28,689 bases of DNA, taken from the NCBI GenBank assembly GCA_048938295.1, contig JBHLMI010000023.1:1-28689 (forward strand), given 5' to 3'. Numbering within the stretch: the first letter of the stretch is position 1; each line of letters starts with the position of its first letter. This DNA is from Promethearchaeota archaeon (GTDB taxonomy: Archaea > Asgardarchaeota > Hermodarchaeia > Hermodarchaeales > Hermodarchaeaceae). A program made the translations under genes and the position numbers. Positions 27,143 to 28,689 of this stretch are shown piece after piece. The notes beneath the pieces were generated by a model. That model saw nothing but the letters and a program-made list of their open reading frames with translations, was not told where the DNA came from and did not search any database.

Positions 27143-28507
27143 ATGTCTCAACATGACCTGATAGTCGTCGGCGCAGGACCAGGTGGTGCCCATCTAGCAA
27201 AAGAAGCTGCCCAAATGGGACTCGATGTCCTAATATTAGAACGGTTATCCCGTGATCGTGTTGGAGATAAAGTCTGTGGCGAAGGTATTGCTCTCCATCA
27301 TCTCAAAAATGCAGGCATCCCCTACCCCACTGGAAAAGAATTAGGTAATACCATCAATGGAATTGACATTTACCCACCCAGTATGAAAAACCATGTCACC
27401 GTGAGTCAACGGATAGAAGGAGAGCCCTGTGATGGATGGACTATCGACCGCATCTATTTTGGACAACGCCTCCTTGGCTATGCAGAAAAAGCTGGAGCCC
27501 AGGTTCAAGATCATGCTCATGTCCTCGAACCCATATTTGATAATGATACCGTAATCGGGGTGAAATACAAGGATACAAAAACCCAAACCCTACATGAAGC
27601 CACTGCGAAGGTCACTGTGGATGCCAGTGGCATGTCCGCTATTCTACGCCGAAAAATGAAGGATCCCATCATTGAGCAGACAATTGCTCTCCGAGATCAG
27701 GCAGTTTGTTATCGGGAAATCTTAGAGCTTCAAGCACCCTTCGAACCTGCTGACCGTTGCTGGATAATCATGGATGACCAGTACAGTCCCGGTGGTTATG
27801 TGTGGATTTTTCCCCGAGGAGGAAACGTCGCTAACGTGGGGTTAGGCACACAAGGCGGACAAGGTCATCGACCCAAAGAACTCTTCAAGCTTTTCCTTAC
27901 TACGAATCCGATCTTTAAGGATGCCAAAGTTATCCATGGAGGTGGGGGAGCTGCACCAATTCGACGTCCTCTCTGGAGTTATGTTGCCAACGGCATCGTA
28001 TTCATCGGGGATAGCGGCTGCCACGTCAATCCAATCCACGGGGGAGGAATTGGTTCGACCATAGAGGCAGGACATGTTGCAGCTCCAGCTATCAAACAGG
28101 CTATCGAAGCCAGTGACGTTTCAACGGCAGGGCTCTGGCCGTTCAATGTAGCGTATAACCGGAGGGGCTACGGACAGAAGATTGCCTCATTGGACCTCAT
28201 GCGCCATCTACTCCAGGAGGTGGGTAACGAGGAGTTTGACTTTGTGATTAATAACCGAATTCTTACGACTGAAGATTTATTGCGAGCTAATGCAGGTGAA
28301 GGGTTGGAGCTCTCCGCTATTGATAAAGCTGGTCGGTTGCTACGGGGGCTACGTAAGTTCGGGCTGCTCCGCCGAATACAAAGGGTATCCAAAGCCATGG
28401 GTGAGATGCTGGCTCTTTACCGATCCTTTCCCGAATCTCCTGATCTGTTCGATTCATGGAAACAGCAGGTCATGCACTTATACCAGGGCTTAGGATATCA
28501 AACTTGA
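27143..28507 (+). CDS. Geranylgeranyl reductase family flavoprotein (DGGR-like)
   Basis: VVGAGPGG, KVCGEG, PGGYVWIFP and GDSGCHVNPIHGGGI. ATG at 27143 follows GGAGG; the track start at 26912 overlaps the upstream gene. Confidence 0.88.
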   Translation: MSQHDLIVVGAGPGGAHLAKEAAQMGLDVLILERLSRDRVGDKVCGEGIALHHLKNAGIPYPTGKELGNTINGIDIYPPSMKNHVTVSQRIEGEPCDGWTIDRIYFGQRLLGYAEKAGAQVQDHAHVLEPIFDNDTVIGVKYKDTKTQTLHEATAKVTVDASGMSAILRRKMKDPIIEQTIALRDQAVCYREILELQAPFEPADRCWIIMDDQYSPGGYVWIFPRGGNVANVGLGTQGGQGHRPKELFKLFLTTNPIFKDAKVIHGGGGAAPIRRPLWSYVANGIVFIGDSGCHVNPIHGGGIGSTIEAGHVAAPAIKQAIEASDVSTAGLWPFNVAYNRRGYGQKIASLDLMRHLLQEVGNEEFDFVINNRILTTEDLLRANAGEGLELSAIDKAGRLLRGLRKFGLLRRIQRVSKAMGEMLALYRSFPESPDLFDSWKQQVMHLYQGLGYQT

Positions 28508-28618
28508 CCTCCAGCCAAGCAACAGGATAGTCTATAGTTACGCTTTTTATGTGGCTCCAAATAAAAGTAGGCTAGTTTCCATTCTCGCAAGCATGGAATG
28601 GTCACCTAGGTGAAGTTC

Positions 28619-28689
28619 ATGGAACCTAAAATCGTCATCGATGCTCATACGCGTCACACCACTAGAGTCCTGTTTTCACCGGATAACAC
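28619..28689 (+). CDS. Start of a probable WD40-repeat protein (truncated by the window end)
   Basis: ATG after an AGGTGA SD. It reads MEPKIVIDAHTRHTTRVLFSPDN, matching the WD40 pattern (G/A)H...V.FSPD. Only 23 codons are visible. Confidence 0.45.
   Translation, partial: MEPKIVIDAHTRHTTRVLFSPDN

Noticed and set aside
237-28493. Numerous 60-175 aa ORFs nested in or antisense to the main genes
   Set aside because: They lie wholly within well-supported CDSs and have no recognisable motifs.
1-28689. Genome-wide reassignment of TGA to an amino acid
   Set aside because: TGA cleanly ends many genes here (top6B, HD, roadblock, mglA, hdrA, hdrC, QueG-like, GGR), so any readthrough at 21162 must be site-specific.
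1-28689. CRISPR arrays, tRNA/rRNA genes, IS elements
   Set aside because: No regularly spaced repeats, cloverleaf or T-loop signatures, or transposase motifs were seen in the intergenic gaps (all under 300 nt). This was by-eye inspection only.

Overview
Gene-dense archaeal chromosomal window, most likely from an Asgard archaeon. This is an inference from the combination of topoisomerase VI, isopentenyl phosphate kinase, geranylgeranyl reductase and HdrABC with two Rab-like GTPases, an MglA-type GTPase and a roadblock-domain protein. In order, it holds: a 5'-truncated M20 peptidase; top6B-top6A; a large tandem-wHTH regulator; membrane and hypothetical genes; hxlB; surE; a degenerate RecA-fold protein; a coiled-coil/HD-domain protein; a Rab-like GTPase; an unknown domain fused to IPK; a degenerate MBL-fold protein; a nitrilase; tandem roadblock + MglA + class III aminotransferase; a second Rab-like GTPase; hdrA(-mvhD)-hdrC-hdrB; a QueG-like Fe-S protein; GGR; and the start of a probable WD40 protein. 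The most notable observation is an 80-codon gene missing from the ORF track (21132-21374). An in-frame TGA sits exactly where the first Cys of a CxxC motif is expected (YP-TGA-PTCG ... CSNGH), so it is either a candidate new selenoprotein or a nonsense allele. I saw no tRNA, rRNA, CRISPR array or mobile element by eye. All family calls come from motif recognition, not database searches.
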